From an uncultured Gammaproteobacteria bacterium (GTDB lineage: Bacteria > Cyanobacteriota > Vampirovibrionia > LMEP-6097): a stretch of DNA of 33,201 bases. Positions 8,088 to 18,093 of this stretch are shown here, piece by piece. A program made the position numbers and the translations under genes. The DNA is taken from positions 1 to 33,201 of the forward strand of contig CAZASO010000006.1 in assembly GCA_964487825.1 (NCBI GenBank), in the 5' to 3' direction. The number at the start of each line of letters is the position of its first letter. The first letter of the stretch is position 1. The notes beneath the pieces were generated by a model. The model was given only the letters and a program-made list of their open reading frames with translations, was not told the DNA's origin and searched no databases.

Positions 8088-11003
8088 TTAGGAACTTAGT
8101 AGAGTTCTTGTGTTTAGTGCTTTGGCAAGGTATCTGGCTGTGTGAGATTTGGGATTATGGATGATCTCTTCTGGACTGCCCTCAGCAATGACTTCTCCTC
8201 CATGTATACCACCTTCGGGACCCAAATCTATAATGTGATCTGCTTGTTTAATGAGATCCAAGTTGTGTTCTATGACTAGGACTGTATTACCAGCGTCTAC
8301 TAGCTTGTTTAGCATATCCAAGAGATATTGGATATCTTGCCAGTGCAAGCCAGTCGTAGGCTCATCTAGGAGATAGAGGGTTTTGCCAGTGGATCTTTTG
8401 CTCAATTCAGAAGCTAATTTGATGCGCTGGGCCTCGCCCCCAGAGAGGCTTGTAGCTGCTTGACCTAATTTGATGTAGTTGAGTCCCACATCGTGTAAAG
8501 TTTGCAGTTTGGATCTAACTCTAGGGATAGCATCAAAGAACAACAAAGCCTCTTCAATGGTCATTTCTAGAATGTCATAAATAGATTTGGCTTTGAATTT
8601 AACTTGTAGAGTCTCTTGGTTGTATCTTTTACCTTTGCAGACATCACAGCTAACATAGACCGATGGCAAGAAATTCATCTCTATCTCTATAACCCCAGCA
8701 CCTCCACAAGACTCGCAGCGACCACCTTTGACATTAAAACTAAATCTACCGGGATTATAGCCGCGAGCTTTGGCTTCTATGGTATTACAGAAGACTTCTC
8801 GAATTGCATCAAAAACTCCCACATAAGTTGCAGGGTTAGATCTTGGCGTTCTACCTATGGGGCTTTGATCTATGACTATGATTTTGTCTATCTCCTCGTA
8901 GCCCTCTAAGCTTTGAAGCTCAGTAGGGAAGGCTATTTGGCGGTCTAAATGATATCGCAGGGCTGGGTATAAAATCTCGTTAATGAGAGAGCTTTTGCCA
9001 GAACCAGAGACTCCTGTTACAGCTATAAATTTACTGAGAGGTATATCAACATTAATATTGCGAAGATTGTTTTTAGTAGCACCTCGAATTTTTAGTGATT
9101 TGGAATTGCTACCACGATTGCGTTTGCTGGGGCTTGAGATTTGTTTGCGTTTGGATAGATAGTCCCCGGTGATAGAGCGAGAAGAGGCACATATGTCAGA
9201 GACGAGTCCTTCTGCAACGACTTCCCCACCATGCACACCAGCACCCGGACCTATATCTATAATCCAATCTGAAGCTAACATGGTGTCTTCATCATGCTCT
9301 ACCACTAAGACTGTGTTACCTAAGTCTCTTAGTTGTTTGAGCGTGTTCAATAACCTATCATTGTCTCTTTGGTGTAATCCAATAGAAGGTTCATCAAGGA
9401 CATAGAGAACCCCAGAGAGTCCTGAGCCTATTTGTGAGGCTAGTCTGATCCTCTGAGCCTCGCCCCCTGAGAGGGTTCTAGCGCTACGATCCAGAGATAG
9501 ATAGCCAAGTCCGACATTGAGTAAGAACCTTAAACGAGCTTTAATTTCTATGAGGATTTGATGGGAGATTTTTTGTTGTCTAGCCGTGAGTAAAGTTTCG
9601 AGAGCTTCAAAAAAATCAGAGGCAGTCTCAATGGACATGCGACTTATGTCGTAAATGCTGAGTCCTTGGATTTTGACTGCTTCTGATTCTTTCTTGATAC
9701 GAGCCCCTTTGCAGCTGGGACAGGGTCTCTCTATCATGTATCGTTCTATATCTGATTTCCATTTGTCTGAGCCAGATTCAGCGTATCTGCGTCGGAGTTG
9801 AGGAATTACGCCTTCGTAATTTATTTTGTAGTTTTGATAGCCAAGAGAAGGATATTTCTTACAGTCAATGGTGATGCGGATTTCAGGGTTATCGTAGCAT
9901 TCACCTTCTATATTGTATCTGCTACTACTAGGAGGATCTTCTGTTCCATAAAGTATAAGTTGCTGGATATTAGCAGCTAATCTTTTAAAGGGTGTCTCAG
10001 TCGAGAACCTGTAAGTCTCTGCTAAAGCTTCTAGTAGGGCTGTGTAGTAGATATTGCCAGTTTTGGCCCAAGGAGCAATAGCGCCCTGTTCTAGACTTAA
10101 ATTCTCATCAGCGAGTATTAAGTCTTCCGAGAATTCTTGCTCAAAACCTAGTCCAGAACATTCTTGGCAAGCACCGTGAGGAGTGTTGAAGCTGAACATA
10201 CGAGGGGCTAATTCCGCGATACTTCCATGTCCATTGGGGCAGGCTAATAATTCTGAGTAGAGATGGTCTTTAGGATTTTGCTCATCTAGTTCTTGGATTA
10301 TGACCTTGCCCTCTCCTCTGCTCAAAGCTAGTGAGACGCTATCGCTAATACGACTGCGTGCAGATTCTTTGACTATAACCCTGTCTACGACTAGTTCTAT
10401 GCTGTGTTTATGAGTTTTAGCTAGTTTGATTTCTTCTTCTAGGGTATAGATAGTCCCATTAATGCGGACTCTATTGAAACCCTCAGACTTTAGGGCTGAA
10501 AATAAATTATTATGCTCACCTTTTTTGTCTTGAATCAAAGGAGCCAAGATTATCAGCTTGGACCCCTCAGCTAGAGACATGATCTGGTCTATGATTTGAT
10601 CTATGCTCTGAGCTTTGATCTCGACATCACAGACATGACAGTGAGCAGTGCCGATTCTTGCATAGAGCAATCTCAGATGATCGTAGATCTCAGTTACAGT
10701 GCCCACTGTAGAGCGAGGATTGTGCGATGTGGATTTCTGATCTATGGCTATAGCTGGACTAAGACCTTTGATTTCTTCTACATCAGGCTTATCCATCTGC
10801 CCCAGAAACTGCCTAGCATAAGCACTCAAGCTTTCTACATAGCGGCGCTGACCTTCTGCAAAAATAGTATCAAAAGCTAGAGAGCTTTTGCCTGAACCAC
10901 TGACCCCAGTGATAGTCACTAATTGATTCTTGGGGATTTTGATATCTATGTTCTTGAGGTTGTGTTGTTTGGCACCTCGAACTTTGATGTATTCTTCTTT
11001 CAT
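8088..11003 (-). CDS. uvrA: excinuclease ABC subunit A
   Basis: The 971-aa product has two ABC ATPase modules (GVSGSGKSSL twice, LSGGEAQRI twice). It also has the zinc-finger Cys pairs and the typical N-terminus KVRGAKQHNLKNIDIKIP. Confidence 0.95.
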   Translation of the reverse strand: MKEEYIKVRGAKQHNLKNIDIKIPKNQLVTITGVSGSGKSSLAFDTIFAEGQRRYVESLSAYARQFLGQMDKPDVEEIKGLSPAIAIDQKSTSHNPRSTVGTVTEIYDHLRLLYARIGTAHCHVCDVEIKAQSIDQIIDQIMSLAEGSKLIILAPLIQDKKGEHNNLFSALKSEGFNRVRINGTIYTLEEEIKLAKTHKHSIELVVDRVIVKESARSRISDSVSLALSRGEGKVIIQELDEQNPKDHLYSELLACPNGHGSIAELAPRMFSFNTPHGACQECSGLGFEQEFSEDLILADENLSLEQGAIAPWAKTGNIYYTALLEALAETYRFSTETPFKRLAANIQQLILYGTEDPPSSSRYNIEGECYDNPEIRITIDCKKYPSLGYQNYKINYEGVIPQLRRRYAESGSDKWKSDIERYMIERPCPSCKGARIKKESEAVKIQGLSIYDISRMSIETASDFFEALETLLTARQQKISHQILIEIKARLRFLLNVGLGYLSLDRSARTLSGGEAQRIRLASQIGSGLSGVLYVLDEPSIGLHQRDNDRLLNTLKQLRDLGNTVLVVEHDEDTMLASDWIIDIGPGAGVHGGEVVAEGLVSDICASSRSITGDYLSKRKQISSPSKRNRGSNSKSLKIRGATKNNLRNINVDIPLSKFIAVTGVSGSGKSSLINEILYPALRYHLDRQIAFPTELQSLEGYEEIDKIIVIDQSPIGRTPRSNPATYVGVFDAIREVFCNTIEAKARGYNPGRFSFNVKGGRCESCGGAGVIEIEMNFLPSVYVSCDVCKGKRYNQETLQVKFKAKSIYDILEMTIEEALLFFDAIPRVRSKLQTLHDVGLNYIKLGQAATSLSGGEAQRIKLASELSKRSTGKTLYLLDEPTTGLHWQDIQYLLDMLNKLVDAGNTVLVIEHNLDLIKQADHIIDLGPEGGIHGGEVIAEGSPEEIIHNPKSHTARYLAKALNTRTLLSS

Positions 11004-11914
11004 CTTTTGTTTGTGTCCGCAAGAGCAGCAGCTTTGGCTAGCTTGGAGAGTCTTTCGGCTTCGACTATAGGGTAGGCAGCAAGTCCAGCTAGTGAGAGAG
11101 GTATAACCAGTTTGAGAGCATTTTCTCCTGAGAGCATGAGGTAGAACTGAGCTGCCGCAAAAATACTACCGCCTATCCTCATCATGAGACTTTCTCGCAT
11201 AAAGCCAAAAGCGATTTTAGAGAGACCGTCGATAAAACTAGAGAAAGCTAAAGCCCGCACAGAGACAGTGGTCCATAGCTCTGCACTCTGAATATAGACA
11301 GGAGTTTTCTCCCAAAACCCTAGCCAAGCAGATAGTTCTAAGATGGCAATGATAAATAGTGGTGTCGCAGAGATGATGCGCATGAGGCTAGAAAAAAACT
11401 GCGAACGAATAGCATCATGTATGAAAGCTTTGAAATTGCCAGCTTTAATTTCTAATAACATTTCGTAAGATCTTCTGAAAGTCTCTCTAACAATAGTTTT
11501 GGCATATTTTAGTTTATGGGAGCCTAGTAAATCTTTTTCTGGGGGGTATTGTTCTGGGTGATATTTGTTGAGAGCCTCATAGCTGTAATCTATCTTAATG
11601 AGGCTTACGAAAAGCCCTTCACGAAAAGCATTACCAATGGGATTGGTTGCAAAATAATTAGTAACAATAATGCCACAAATTCCAGAGCTGATCAGAACTC
11701 TCCATTGAGGTATATAAACCATGAGTAGGGGTATGTTTTGCAAGGCACAGGAGGCTAGCATAATTTGATTTGAGATTTTGTAAAGTTCTTCTTGACCGCT
11801 TATCAAGAGGACTGCTGTAATAAGACCTGTGATAAAAGATCCATAACCGAAGAATTCATTGAGGATAATTCTGGGGTCTTGGAGTCTGATTTTAAGTTCT
11901 TGATTGAGCATCAC
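11000..11914 (-). CDS. hypothetical polytopic membrane protein
   Basis: The 304-aa ORF has several hydrophobic helices and no recognised family. Its TGA overlaps the uvrA ATG (ATGA at 11003-11000). Confidence 0.6.
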   Translation of the reverse strand: MMLNQELKIRLQDPRIILNEFFGYGSFITGLITAVLLISGQEELYKISNQIMLASCALQNIPLLMVYIPQWRVLISSGICGIIVTNYFATNPIGNAFREGLFVSLIKIDYSYEALNKYHPEQYPPEKDLLGSHKLKYAKTIVRETFRRSYEMLLEIKAGNFKAFIHDAIRSQFFSSLMRIISATPLFIIAILELSAWLGFWEKTPVYIQSAELWTTVSVRALAFSSFIDGLSKIAFGFMRESLMMRIGGSIFAAAQFYLMLSGENALKLVIPLSLAGLAAYPIVEAERLSKLAKAAALADTNKR

Positions 11915-11951
11915 TAATTTTAGTTTAGCCTAAAGAAAAGCTTTGTCTGAG

Positions 11952-13079
11952 CTAGTCTTGCTTCTTAGGGATTTTTTGTTGTTTGGCATTAATGACTAGG
12001 CTAAAAAACAGCCAAATGCCAACTACGCTCAGGCTATATTTCAGAAAATCATAAGCGATGTCTTGACCTAGAAGAGAGCAGCCGAACAAAGCAGAGACAA
12101 AAGTTATGCCATAGAGGAGATAGTTGACTTGTTTTTGACTGAGTCCCAAGTTTAAGAGCTTGTGATGTAAGTGTTCAAGATCTGGACGCATGATGGCTTG
12201 TTTTTTGAGGGCTCGCCTGCAGATAGCAAGTAAAGTATCGAAAATAGGCAGAGCGAAAACCAAGACTAATATTGGTGAGATGACGACTACTGTTACTTTT
12301 TTAACTAAGCCTATACAAGAGATACCAGCCAATAGAAAACCTATGAGATAGGCTCCGTTATCCCCAAGAAAAATCCTAGCAGGATTGAAATTATATCTAA
12401 GAAAACCAAAACAAGCTCCAGCCATGGTTGCTGCCAAAACCGCTCCAGCAGGCTGATTCAGCAGTGGGCTCATGGTGATAGCAACGCTGGCTAAAGAAGC
12501 GATAATCGCTACGCCAGCAGCTAGACCATCGATGCCATCCAATAGATTTACGGCATTACTGATACTAACTAAAAAAATTACAGTGACTATATAACTACTA
12601 AGACTATCTAATTCCAAAGTCGCGACTTGAGAATGATCTATATAGAAGAAGGGATTTGCTAAAAAATCTATTCGTACATTGAGTAGCCAAGACAGGCTTG
12701 CAGCAAGGCTTTGACCGAGTAGCTTGCTAAGAGGAGAGAGGGGTTTAATATCATCTAAGAGTCCCACCAAGAAAATCACAAAAGCCCCTAGAGCCATTCC
12801 TTCGAGTTCTAGGTGTTGGATGCCAGCAGGGGTGTAGCGACCATAGATGGCGATATATAGTAAAGTGGTTAGGACTAAACTTAGTAGAATAGCTATACCC
12901 CCTAGTCTAGGTTTTAGAGAAGTTCGTTTATGTTGTTCTCTGATTTCTGTTTGTCTGTTGATTTCTAATTTTTCAGCTCTTTCTTGGATAAGAGGAGTGA
13001 TGATAAAAGCAAATAGAGTTGCTATGAGAAAAGCCAGAGCTTGGGAGTTTTCTTGTTCTAGTATTTTAAGGACGCTCAT
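11952..13079 (-). CDS. glycosyltransferase family 4 polyprenyl-phosphate sugar-1-phosphate transferase (WecA/TagO/MraY family)
   Basis: The protein is polytopic and carries GLLDDIKPLSPLSKLLGQ and NAVNLLDGIDGLAAG, the motifs of the MraY/WecA superfamily. The DD..LS..KL..Q pattern looks more WecA/TagO-like than MraY-like. Confidence 0.8.
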   Translation of the reverse strand: MSVLKILEQENSQALAFLIATLFAFIITPLIQERAEKLEINRQTEIREQHKRTSLKPRLGGIAILLSLVLTTLLYIAIYGRYTPAGIQHLELEGMALGAFVIFLVGLLDDIKPLSPLSKLLGQSLAASLSWLLNVRIDFLANPFFYIDHSQVATLELDSLSSYIVTVIFLVSISNAVNLLDGIDGLAAGVAIIASLASVAITMSPLLNQPAGAVLAATMAGACFGFLRYNFNPARIFLGDNGAYLIGFLLAGISCIGLVKKVTVVVISPILVLVFALPIFDTLLAICRRALKKQAIMRPDLEHLHHKLLNLGLSQKQVNYLLYGITFVSALFGCSLLGQDIAYDFLKYSLSVVGIWLFFSLVINAKQQKIPKKQD

Positions 13080-13089
13080 TATAATAATA

Positions 13090-14463
13090 TTATAATTTTG
13101 TTATAATATCGACCATTGACTCTAGCACATAATTCAGGGATTTTTGAGAAATAGTATAAGGAGGTAGAAAATACAAGCTTTGTCCAAGAGGTCTTAGGTA
13201 AATATGTCTTCTCAGGAACTCTTGTTGGAGTTTCTGAGCCCAAAGAGGGTCTTCTTGCTTATGGAACTCTACTACAGCTAAGGCTCCTATGATGCGGACA
13301 TCTAAAACAGAATCTCTAGATTTAATTTCATCTCTATTCAGGGCATCCTTCATGTTCCGCTCAATCAGTGAGACATCAGTAAGTCTGTTCTCTTGGATAT
13401 AAAGTTCTAGGCTGGCTAGGGCAGCAGCGCAAGCAAGAGGATTTGCTGTATAGGAATGCCCATGAAAAAAAGTTTTGGCAATAGAGTCATCATAAAAAGC
13501 CAAATAAATCTCTTCTGTGCAGAGAGTTAATCCCATGGGTAGGTAGCCTCCTGTAATGGCTTTGGAGAGACAAAGCAGATCTGGAACTATGTCTGCTTGC
13601 TCGCAAGCGAAATTAGTCCCAGTGCGCCCAAAACCAACAAAAACCTCATCAGCAATAATTAGAACATCATGCCTGTCAGCAAGTAGTCTAAGTTCTTTGA
13701 GAAAATTAGGACTATGAAATTTCATGCCACCAGCACCTTGCACTAGGGGCTCTATGATGATGGCGGCATATCTATTGGTGTGTAAAGTCAGTAAGCGACT
13801 GAGTTCTGCGATGGTCTTTTCGCTAGCTTCTTGATAGGATTCTTGGTCTAGAAGATTGGGGCTGGGAGATCTCACGAAATCAAAACCCAAATTTAAGCTT
13901 TTGAAAGCTTGCTGAAACTGGGGAGTTCCGCTCAGGGAGAGGGCTCCAACGGTATCCCCGTGATAACTGTCATTAAAAGCGATGACTCTAGTTTTATTGT
14001 AGAGACCTTGGTTGTAAAAATACTGGATGGCGATTTTGAGTGCGACTTCTACTGCTGTAGAACCATTGTCTGAGAAAAAAGCTCTTTGAAGTTTGCGAGG
14101 AATCTGTGCACTATTAGTAAGTCCTTGAGGTAGTAGTCCGAGTAGCTTGGCTATAAAATCAGTAGCGGCTTTATGGGTGAAGTTGGCAAAAATCACATGC
14201 TCATAACTATCTAGTTGTTCTTTGATTTTTTGGTTAATGTAGGGGTGACAGTGTCCGTGTATATTGACCCACCAAGAAGATATCCCGTCTATGATTTTTT
14301 TGGAATTACCATATTTGTCTTTGACATAGAGGAATTCTTTTTCGGCTTTTTCTAACATCAGTGGACTTTCACTAAGCTTGGCTTGAGTGAAGGGATGCCA
14401 AATATGTTTTTCGTCTATATCAAAACAACGAATATAATCCAGTAGTGAAGGGGGTTTGCTCAC
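13090..14463 (-). CDS. bioA: adenosylmethionine-8-amino-7-oxononanoate aminotransferase
   Basis: Class III aminotransferase features: HIWHPFTQ near the N-terminus, DEVFVGFGRTG, and the PLP-lysine context LSKAITGGYLPMG. The apparent GTG start overlaps the glutaredoxin stop. Confidence 0.85.
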   Translation of the reverse strand: MSKPPSLLDYIRCFDIDEKHIWHPFTQAKLSESPLMLEKAEKEFLYVKDKYGNSKKIIDGISSWWVNIHGHCHPYINQKIKEQLDSYEHVIFANFTHKAATDFIAKLLGLLPQGLTNSAQIPRKLQRAFFSDNGSTAVEVALKIAIQYFYNQGLYNKTRVIAFNDSYHGDTVGALSLSGTPQFQQAFKSLNLGFDFVRSPSPNLLDQESYQEASEKTIAELSRLLTLHTNRYAAIIIEPLVQGAGGMKFHSPNFLKELRLLADRHDVLIIADEVFVGFGRTGTNFACEQADIVPDLLCLSKAITGGYLPMGLTLCTEEIYLAFYDDSIAKTFFHGHSYTANPLACAAALASLELYIQENRLTDVSLIERNMKDALNRDEIKSRDSVLDVRIIGALAVVEFHKQEDPLWAQKLQQEFLRRHIYLRPLGQSLYFLPPYTISQKSLNYVLESMVDIITKL

Positions 14464-14783
14464 AGTAGCTTTTTGAGTTCGCCATTTTGATGCATTTCCA
14501 TGGCTATATCGCAGCCGCCAATAAACTCAGAGTTAATATAAAGCTGAGGGAAGGTTGGCCATTCGGAATATATTTTCATGGCAGATCTTAGGTCTGGACG
14601 GCTAAGAATGTCATAAGTTATAAAATCTTGGTCATAGAATTTGAGTATCTTGACGACAGCATCAGAGAAGCCGCATTGAGGAAAATCTTTAGTACCTTTC
14701 ATGAAAAGTACTATCTTGTTGGTCTTGATGATAGAGTCTATTTCTTGTTTGAGTTGATCTGGGATTTGTTCGTTGATTTGCAT
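14460..14783 (-). CDS. grxD: monothiol glutaredoxin (Grx4 family, CGFS active site)
   Basis: The sequence reads IVLFMKGTKDFPQCGFSDAVVKIL...WPTFPQLYINSEFIGGCDI, which is a canonical CGFS glutaredoxin. Confidence 0.9.
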   Translation of the reverse strand: MQINEQIPDQLKQEIDSIIKTNKIVLFMKGTKDFPQCGFSDAVVKILKFYDQDFITYDILSRPDLRSAMKIYSEWPTFPQLYINSEFIGGCDIAMEMHQNGELKKLL

Positions 14784-14794
14784 ATTGCTCCTTT

Positions 14795-15028
14795 TTATAA
14801 AACTTTGATGACTAATGCGTGGATGCTCTCGTCTGCAAGGTAGTCAGAGAGTGCGGTGTAGACTAGTTGTTGTTGTTTGACTCGGCTAAGTCCCTCAAAA
14901 TCGGCAGCAGAGATTTCTACTTGCCAGTGGTTGCCACCTTTAAGATCTATGGCTCTAACCAAGTGAACGGCTTTTAGGCGTTCTTGGAGACGCTCTTCTA
15001 TATCTTCTGCTCTTAGTACCATGTTCAT
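14795..15028 (-). CDS. bolA: BolA/IbaG-family protein
   Basis: The 77-aa product has the BolA pattern HLVRAIDLKGGNHWQVEISAADFEGLSRVKQQQLVY...IHALVIKV. It lies adjacent to the monothiol Grx partner. Confidence 0.8.
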   Translation of the reverse strand: MNMVLRAEDIEERLQERLKAVHLVRAIDLKGGNHWQVEISAADFEGLSRVKQQQLVYTALSDYLADESIHALVIKVL

Positions 15029-16314
15029 GCTCTTAGTATCCTTGTTACTTTGTTGAGGGCTTTGACGAAGAGATCAATATCTTCTTCGTTATTATAAATC
15101 CCAAGAGACATTCTAGCGCTAGCGACTAGTCCAAATCTTCGCATAAGTGGCTGGGCACAGTGATGTCCAACCCTAATAGCGATGTTTTCTTCGTTGAGTA
15201 AGATGGCTAGATCAAAAATCTCTATGTCTTCGAAATAAAAACTAATTAGAGAGGCTTTTTTGCCAGACAAAAAATCTCCGCTTTGGCTTTTACCTAAGAC
15301 CTGAAGACCAGTGACATTGAGCATTTGACTCAGAGCGTATTCAGCAAGCTGGGCTTCATGTTGAGATATAGCATCCATGCCTAGATCTTCCAAATAGTCT
15401 ATAGCTTCACCTAAACCTATAGCTTCTACTATGGCTGGAGTGCCAGCCTCAAATTTATAAGGAGCTGAAGCAAAACTAGTTTCTTCAAAACTAACATTTT
15501 CTATCATTTCTCCGCCACCATGATATGGGCTGAGTCTCTCTGCCCAAGTGTTTTTCATGTAGAGTACGCCTATCCCGGTAGGACCATAGAGTTTGTGACC
15601 AGAAAAAGCATAAAAATCTGCATCCAAGTCTTGAACATCTACCTTCATGTGTTGCACTGCTTGAGCACCATCTACTAGAACTATGACCCCTGCTTTTTTG
15701 GCAGTTTGGATCATGGATTTGATATCAATGACACTGCCAGTGCTATTAGATACATGGCAGATAGCTAGGATTTTGATTTTGGGGTTTTGGATGAGAGTCG
15801 CATAAGCATTGAGGTCTAGGCTCCCATCATCTAAGACTGGTATGGATCTGATTTTGATGGAACTCGCTAAGGTTTTGTGGTTTAACCCTGAGCGGAGGCT
15901 CGGGTCTGCCCATCTAGAAGCGGCAAGTTGCCAAGGCACTATATTTGCATGGTGTTCTAGTCCGCTGATAAGGATTTCATCTCCAGCTTCTAGAATGCTG
16001 TTGGCAAGGCAAGTTGCGACTAGATTGATGGCTTCTGTGGTTCCTCTGCAAAAAATTATTTCATTTGGGCTAGCAGCATTGATAAATTTGGCGAGTTTAG
16101 ATCTCGCTTCGTCAAAGGCTTTGGTGGATTTGGCGCAAAGTTTGTATAGTCCTCTTCTGACGGTGGCGTTCTCTTCTTGGAGAAAACGATTCATTCTTTC
16201 TATGACGCGATATGGTTTCTGACTGGTGGCTGCGGTATCTAAATAGACTAGATCAGAATTCGATACCATCGGGAAGTCTTGTCTTATGGTTTTTAGTTGT
16301 GATGAGTTAGGCAT
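15025..16314 (-). CDS. sufS: cysteine desulfurase, SufS type
   Basis: Motifs seen: IRQDFP...VYLDTAATSQKP, the PLP lysine in FSGHKLYGPTGIGVLY, and the catalytic Cys in RVGHHCAQPLM. The gene follows sufD. Confidence 0.9.
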   Translation of the reverse strand: MPNSSQLKTIRQDFPMVSNSDLVYLDTAATSQKPYRVIERMNRFLQEENATVRRGLYKLCAKSTKAFDEARSKLAKFINAASPNEIIFCRGTTEAINLVATCLANSILEAGDEILISGLEHHANIVPWQLAASRWADPSLRSGLNHKTLASSIKIRSIPVLDDGSLDLNAYATLIQNPKIKILAICHVSNSTGSVIDIKSMIQTAKKAGVIVLVDGAQAVQHMKVDVQDLDADFYAFSGHKLYGPTGIGVLYMKNTWAERLSPYHGGGEMIENVSFEETSFASAPYKFEAGTPAIVEAIGLGEAIDYLEDLGMDAISQHEAQLAEYALSQMLNVTGLQVLGKSQSGDFLSGKKASLISFYFEDIEIFDLAILLNEENIAIRVGHHCAQPLMRRFGLVASARMSLGIYNNEEDIDLFVKALNKVTRILRA

Positions 16315-17357
16315 TTTTTGATGACAGATTTATTGTCTAGATTTACTTTGATATTAGAGCTGAGATTTTTGACAGCGAGTTTGCTGATATAGTCTCTAGC
16401 AGATTCTAGTTCGACCTTGTTGATGATTTCTTTGCAAAAACTATACATGAGTACGATTTGGGCTTCTTCTGAATTAAGTCCTCGGCTTTGTAGATAAAAA
16501 AGCTCTTCTTCATTGAGTTTGCCAGTGCTAGAGCCATGGTTGGCTTTGACATCATCAGACAGTATGTTGAGTTGAGGACTAGACTCCATGTGAGCGAAAG
16601 GAGAGAGTAGTAAGTTCCTGTTGAGTTGACTTGCTTTGACTTGAGGGCAAGATTTACTGATATCTATAAGTCCAGTGAAAGCAGCTCTAGCATTGTCATA
16701 GAGCAGTCCTTTGAATAATTCTTCACTTTTGGTATGTCCGCTTTTATGTCTGATGCTGACATTGTGATATGACTCACGATTAGCATTTACGATGAAGAGT
16801 CCTGAGACATTGGCTTCAGCACCTTGTTCTAGAAGTTCTACTTCTATATCGTCTCTTGAAATTTGAGATCCAAAACCAAAACCGTTGAATTCAAAATAGC
16901 TATCTTGTTTTTGTTGGACATGTAGTTTATAAGATCTACTGGCTAATTTAGATTCATCTTGAATTTTGTCTAATTTGAGCCTAGAACCCTTATCAAGAAT
17001 GGCTTCTACGGCGATATCACTAAAATAAGCCTGATCTTCAGGTCCTCTATCTGTTACCGAAAGTTTCAGGTTGGCTCCTAAACCTAGATAGATAAGTACC
17101 TTGCTTTGCTTGGACTGGTCGGAGCTAGAGTCATGAATAATTTGTAAGGGTATATCTATGAAGGCATGGTCTTCGACATAAAGTAGAAAACCCTGAGTTT
17201 CTTGCGATAGTTCCTTGGCAAAATATTTTGTGCAGATCTGGTTAATTGTAGATCCAGAGAGATTCTTGAGATCCGCTATGTATAAGCCTTTGGGGCTGTT
17301 ATGAAAGATAGATAAATCTGCTTGGAAGGAACCATTAAGGCAAGTTACTTTATTCAT
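16293..17357 (-). CDS. sufD: Fe-S cluster assembly protein SufD
   Basis: It sits between sufC and sufS. The C-terminal beta-helix region carries DVKANHGSSTGKLNEEELFYLQSRGL, typical of SufB/SufD. Confidence 0.85.
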   Translation of the reverse strand: MNKVTCLNGSFQADLSIFHNSPKGLYIADLKNLSGSTINQICTKYFAKELSQETQGFLLYVEDHAFIDIPLQIIHDSSSDQSKQSKVLIYLGLGANLKLSVTDRGPEDQAYFSDIAVEAILDKGSRLKLDKIQDESKLASRSYKLHVQQKQDSYFEFNGFGFGSQISRDDIEVELLEQGAEANVSGLFIVNANRESYHNVSIRHKSGHTKSEELFKGLLYDNARAAFTGLIDISKSCPQVKASQLNRNLLLSPFAHMESSPQLNILSDDVKANHGSSTGKLNEEELFYLQSRGLNSEEAQIVLMYSFCKEIINKVELESARDYISKLAVKNLSSNIKVNLDNKSVIKKCLTHHN

Positions 17358-18093
17358 AACCTGTGCGCTCCAGTTCTAGTGCTAATTCTTTGTTGCCAGT
17401 TTTGATAATGCGTCCGTGACTGAGGACATGTACGAAATCTGGTGCGACATAGTCTAGAAGCCTTTGGTAATGGGTGATCATCAAGATGGCGTTCTGAGGG
17501 CTGCGATAATTATTAATGCCAGAAGCTACAACCCTGAGAGCATCTATATCAAGCCCAGAGTCTGTCTCATCCAAGATAGCAAGAGAAGGTTGTAAGACTA
17601 AGAGTTGTAAGATTTCGTTTTTCTTTTTTTCACCGCCAGAAAAACCTTCATTAAGATCTCTACTGAGAAACTTAGGATCCATATTCAGAATTTGGCTTCG
17701 TTCTTCTAGGTAGTCATCAAAATCTAGAGGGTCCATCTCCGCTAGTCCAAGATATTTTTGTTTAGAGTTGTAAGCCATTCTAAGAAAATTAGCGTTGTTG
17801 ACACCAGCTATCTCAACAGGATATTGGAAGGAGAGGAAGAGTCCAAGATTGGCTCTCTCAGAGGCTTCTAGCTCAGTGATATCGCGTCCTTGGAAGAAGA
17901 CAGTCCCAGCGCTAATCTCATAACTAGGATGCCCAGCTAAGACTTTGGAGAGAGTGCTTTTGCCTGAACCATTGGGTCCCATGATGGCGTGTACTTCTCC
18001 AGCTTTGATGGTGAGATCTAGTCCAGTGATGATATCTTCGCCGTCTTTGAGTTTGGCATGTAAGCCCTTGATTTCTAATATATTTTTATCCAA
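17350..18093 (-). CDS. sufC: Fe-S cluster assembly ATPase SufC
   Basis: Motifs seen: [48 protein letters not shown] and ITHYQRLL. Confidence 0.95.
   Translation of the reverse strand: MDKNILEIKGLHAKLKDGEDIITGLDLTIKAGEVHAIMGPNGSGKSTLSKVLAGHPSYEISAGTVFFQGRDITELEASERANLGLFLSFQYPVEIAGVNNANFLRMAYNSKQKYLGLAEMDPLDFDDYLEERSQILNMDPKFLSRDLNEGFSGGEKKKNEILQLLVLQPSLAILDETDSGLDIDALRVVASGINNYRSPQNAILMITHYQRLLDYVAPDFVHVLSHGRIIKTGNKELALELERTGYE

Noticed and set aside
15809-16222. 137-aa plus-strand ORF inside sufS.
   Set aside because: It is antisense to strongly conserved SufS sequence, and no start context or family was recognised.
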